Part shown: piece after piece, positions 60,117 to 64,000 of the stretch
Layout of the letters: each line of letters opens with the position of its first letter
Position numbering within the stretch: the stretch's first letter is position 1
DNA from: Pavona decussata
Lineage: Eukaryota
Reading direction: 5' to 3'
NCBI GenBank assembly: GCA_977016875.1
Contig: CDRNST010000062.1
Coordinates: forward strand, 4,340,001-4,404,000
DNA length: 64,000 bases
The notes under the pieces: model-generated
What the model saw: the letters and a program-made list of their open reading frames with translations, nothing else
Databases searched by the model: none
What the model was told of the DNA's origin: nothing
Translations under genes and position numbers: made by a program

Positions 60117-61947
60117 TTAGGAATCCAAAGTGAGCGAGACAAAATCCTTTGGAAAGCAGGGGACAACTGCAGAGAACTCACACTCATCTTTTAAGATACA
60201 CAGTGATTACAGACATGGTACCATGTTGGCGCAATGTTTTCTTAGAATTATAAGATTTTAAAATTTAGTATTCAAAGCTAACAAATATTGGTTTCTGTTA
60301 AGAAACCTTTATCACCAAAGACACTTGGGCCCGTTAAGTTACTGGGACTTTCGAGAAACGGGAGTCAGATCCTTACCCCCTTCCGAAACTCCTAGCTGGC
60401 CTTATTTAGCTCCTCTAACGACGTTTTTGGTTCTGTCCTAAATAAACTGAATTTCTCCAGTCTCACTGCGTCAGTTACTAAAAGTGAAAGTGAAAGCACT
60501 AGCAAAAACGCTAGTATTTCTTCTCAATTCGATCCGAATTCCGACATTCACTGTAATGAGCCATTGCAAGGGAGCCGCCTGATTGTACAGTATGCCGTCA
60601 CCGTTGATATTGGCACAATAGGAGGGCCCGAAAAACTTAAGGTCCGAATGGCCGAAACGTTTGCATTCTGAACCTCATTTATTGTCTCTGACGCGTTTAC
60701 CCTGCCTTAAAGGAAGTCTGATTACCACCGGCCCAAGGGCATGTGAATTTTAACCCGAAGTTCACCTGATATGACGGCCATTCCATGCATGTCCACGCAG
60801 TCCGAGAACGTTCTGCCGGCCTTGTCAGCATCTTCGCACTCATGAGACATCTTACACCCACCAACCCCTGAACTTCCACAGGAGAACAACACAACATGAT
60901 GAAAAGCCAGGGTGTAAATGAAACGTTTTGAGTGGGAAAAGATTGATCACAGAAGAAACGTTTTAACTAAATTCGCGATAAGTTTGCGCGGCTAAGTTCA
61001 CATCAAGGGGTCTCGTTATTGGAACATATCGTTCTGTGAGTTCTCTCCTGTCAGAGGTTTTTCATTTTGTTTTTTTTCTCCTCTGGCGAAGTTTATAAAT
61101 AAATAAAATAAAATAAAAATATCATGCAGGCTGGAATTCTCAGTGGGAGCTAAATTTTTTCGTCGGACTAAACGTTTCTCCATGTATAATCGCAAATGCG
61201 TTTATGCAAGATTTTGTTTAAGAAGCCAGGTTGAGATTTCAGCACGGAATGAAATCCTTTCGGACCTTAAATCTTTTAGTCTCCATAACGCACCCAAAAT
61301 CAAAATCCACACTGAAAAGTTTATTTAAAATTTTAACCATTACAAAACAAATGTACCAGAGGAAGTGCTGTTGAAGAACTTCCATTTGCATGGTGACAAT
61401 GTCCCATTTGAAAGGTACCATTATATCAACCTCATTTGCTGAGCTTTCTCAGTTTAGGTCACTTGTAGCCAAATCCCCCACTAATGCTACCGCGCAATCC
61501 CAGGGACGTTGTTCGTGATTAGTCTACCCTGGGGAATTTGATGGCCCCATGAATTAGACCTCACAGAACTATGGCCGCGTTCAGTGAGAAAAGAATCCAG
61601 CAAATTTGTCACTCTTTCTAACGGAAGAATTACTAGATGGCTAAACTAAACTGGCAGATAAAAAAAGGTTCACTGGGACAATACTGAGAAATAAGCTAAA
61701 ACTTCCGGCTGTGCCAGGACTCTGTACCAGAATTAACTTTCGGTAGTACGGTACTGAGGAAACGAAGAAATTTACTCCCGTTTCTAATTGTACTATAGGG
61801 CTTGTACTCTACTATTCTACTTACTTACTTTTCTTATCAATTTACTTCCTTTAAGGGAGCACAGTATTAGTTTTACTAGAGGTGCCCCTCTACTCTCCTT
61901 TTCCATATTTGAATTGTTTTTTTGAGCTGCGTGTTTGTCTATGTTGC

Positions 61948-61948
61948 G

Positions 61949-61986
<38 letters not shown>
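61948..61986. repeat. (GTT)n microsatellite
   Basis: Directly visible. Confidence 0.95.
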
Positions 61987-61987
<1 letters not shown>

Positions 61988-64000
61988 TACCTCCAACTAT
62001 TGTATTTTGCGCTCACGCAACAGTAAGAGTGGAGAGTATAAATAAAAAAAATGTCAAAAAATGTCACTATAGGGCAATTAGGGCGGCTCACTTTGTTCCC
62101 ACTGTGGGGTAATTGCCAGTTTATTTCCAAAACTAAAGAAGGGTAACGCCTAGGAACTTGGAAACCTCACCGTTGTAGTTCTCCTGCTGAATAAAACGCA
62201 GCCTGATGTCAGTCAATGTCGTTTTGGTCATAGCTTTGGAAGACAGCAATGTATGTGGAGGGGTAAAGTACACGTGCTGAGAGCTTTCAAAGCCATTTAG
62301 AATGGTACTATCCCGGCCCCTTCTCCCCCCTCCCCAGCCCCTGCCAGAGCGCGGAAAGGGAGATTTCAATCATGGGGTGTGCCGTTGGGGTCCACTGAAA
62401 GTTCTCACCCCATAACAAAACTAAAAGATGGAATTGGTTGATAAGTCAAGTGGTCAAAATGGTCATGGTAACTTATTTATTGCTAAAAATGAAACCAAAG
62501 ACCGACAATATTATGCCATGGCGCTACCGCAAAACGGTGAACAAAATCACAAAACTTTAGCTCAGGAAAAAGTTAATTTACTACAAATAAAGGTATTTCA
62601 CAAATAAAAAATAGATGGAAGGATATATGTTAGTGAGATCAATTTTCTAAACTAAACGTTTATGGTGAAATTTAGATTGACTTTAACCACGGGTTTCATT
62701 AACTTTTGAAGTAAGGGGGCACCTATAGGAGAGTAGCTGGGCAGAAAATTACTCTTGAACTTGCTTATGTTCAGTTTGAAAGTAGGCAGGTACTGACTCT
62801 TGTGTATCCTGGTAACCCGGGTCCCGCCTTCTGATGAGAAACCTGCTTTAACTAGATATTCGGATGTCCTGTTCTGTTGTCAGTGGCAAAGCCGTGTGGT
62901 ATCAAAGTAGAATATTTTCAAATTCGTATTTTAGAGCCAATATTTTGACATGAACATTTCATGGTTGAAATGAAAGAAAAGTTCATCCCATTTGACATTT
63001 ACTGATAGATATTTACTAGAGACATACAAAACATGGCTGAGTCTCGACTAAAAAAAATCTGTAGGAAAAGTGATTTACAGTTTACAGAGGCACGTTTTTT
63101 TTTGAAAGAAAATACAAATAACAGAATCCTCTAATTTCAGTCTATTTTTAAAGTGAAAATATCCTCTTAATTTGTTTAAACGTATTGGATAACGTGAAAG
63201 GGTTGTTTCTGTTAACGTTTCCTAAAAGTATCACAATGCGAAAAAAATTATAAGGGCGTCTTCTTTGCATATGAAAACGCGAAACTTTCATTCCTCAGCG
63301 TCATAATGTCAAGAACTGCAAACGGCTAGCTAGAAGTACATTATTAGTATGCACTTCTGAAACGGCGAAATGCCCGGATCTCTTTCCAGTATCTTATAAG
63401 ACGGAAGTTTGCTAGCTTAAGTAAACAAGTGAATTATCGATTTAAGGTCGAATTTTAAATACTTTAATTTTAGAAATCTAGTGAGCGGCACGCGATCGTC
63501 ACTGTCTGCCGAAATGATCAAAGGAGTATATGCCTTAATGCGATTTTTATGGATAAAGGGCCTGTCCTAATAATAACATAACTAATCAGCTCAGGAAAAG
63601 TTGAAGCAACATCAATTAACAACATCCTGAGTTGGCATTACATAAGTTCCTTAATTCCGTGGGACCGATGTCCTCATTTGGGATATCCTAATTGAAAGCT
63701 CCACTTCTCCTACGGTTTATAAAAGGTGAGTTGCCCTAATGAAGTCTTCCATTCAGTGCAAAAAGAGTTTAGTTAGTGTCGCAAAAATTCATTTTGCCAA
63801 AAACAAGTTGAAGTTAACAAAAAGCATCACTGAACTGAGTACCGCTTAGTAGTTTCTTCTTGAGTGGTCGCACCTTAGCTTTTTATCCATGTGAGAAAGT
63901 ATTAAAGAATCCACTTGTATGGCTGCATTATAAGTAGGACCATTAAAAAGTTGCTTGGAAAGTCACAACTTAGTTTTTCATAAATTACCGCAATAAACAA

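Noticed and set aside
60697-60897. Aegerolysin/pore-forming-toxin resemblance (F-x-C-P-W-x-G-x-N)
   Set aside because: Only one short motif, and the rest needs frameshifts; not enough to call.
50100-64000. Numerous 60-100-aa ORFs in the track
   Set aside because: They have no recognisable domains, and many overlap MITEs or microsatellites, as expected by chance.

Overview
This is eukaryotic, AT-rich, intron- and MITE-rich DNA. The repeat families and gene style suggest an anthozoan, probably a stony coral (inference). From left to right it contains: (1) 1-~2350 (-), the 5' end of a probable DIRS-like retrotransposon, whose gag-like ORF appears split by spliceosomal introns, one filled with ~17 copies of a 67-bp hairpin-forming repeat; (2) a single-coding-exon core 1 beta-1,3-galactosyltransferase (C1GALT1, -) with a strong-context uORF; (3) tRNA-Asp(GTC); (4) an intronless gene encoding an F-box fused to an uncharacterised 'VFVQSTSxNRxL' domain, head-to-head (223 bp between start codons) with (5) MROH1/HEATR7A. 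I traced MROH1 by hand as 42 coding exons (6852-44084, ~1654 aa), including one U12-type minor intron. Its introns hold a young 2.16-kb IS630/Tc1/mariner transposon with 393-bp TIRs and an unusual DD30E triad, a 2.1-kb non-autonomous TIR element with a nested MITE, a perfect 113-bp palindrome, and many MITEs and SINEs. Downstream are two decayed CR1/L2-group LINEs, a Penelope GIY-YIG fragment, and ~14 kb with no convincing host gene. All family assignments come from motif recognition; no database search was run.
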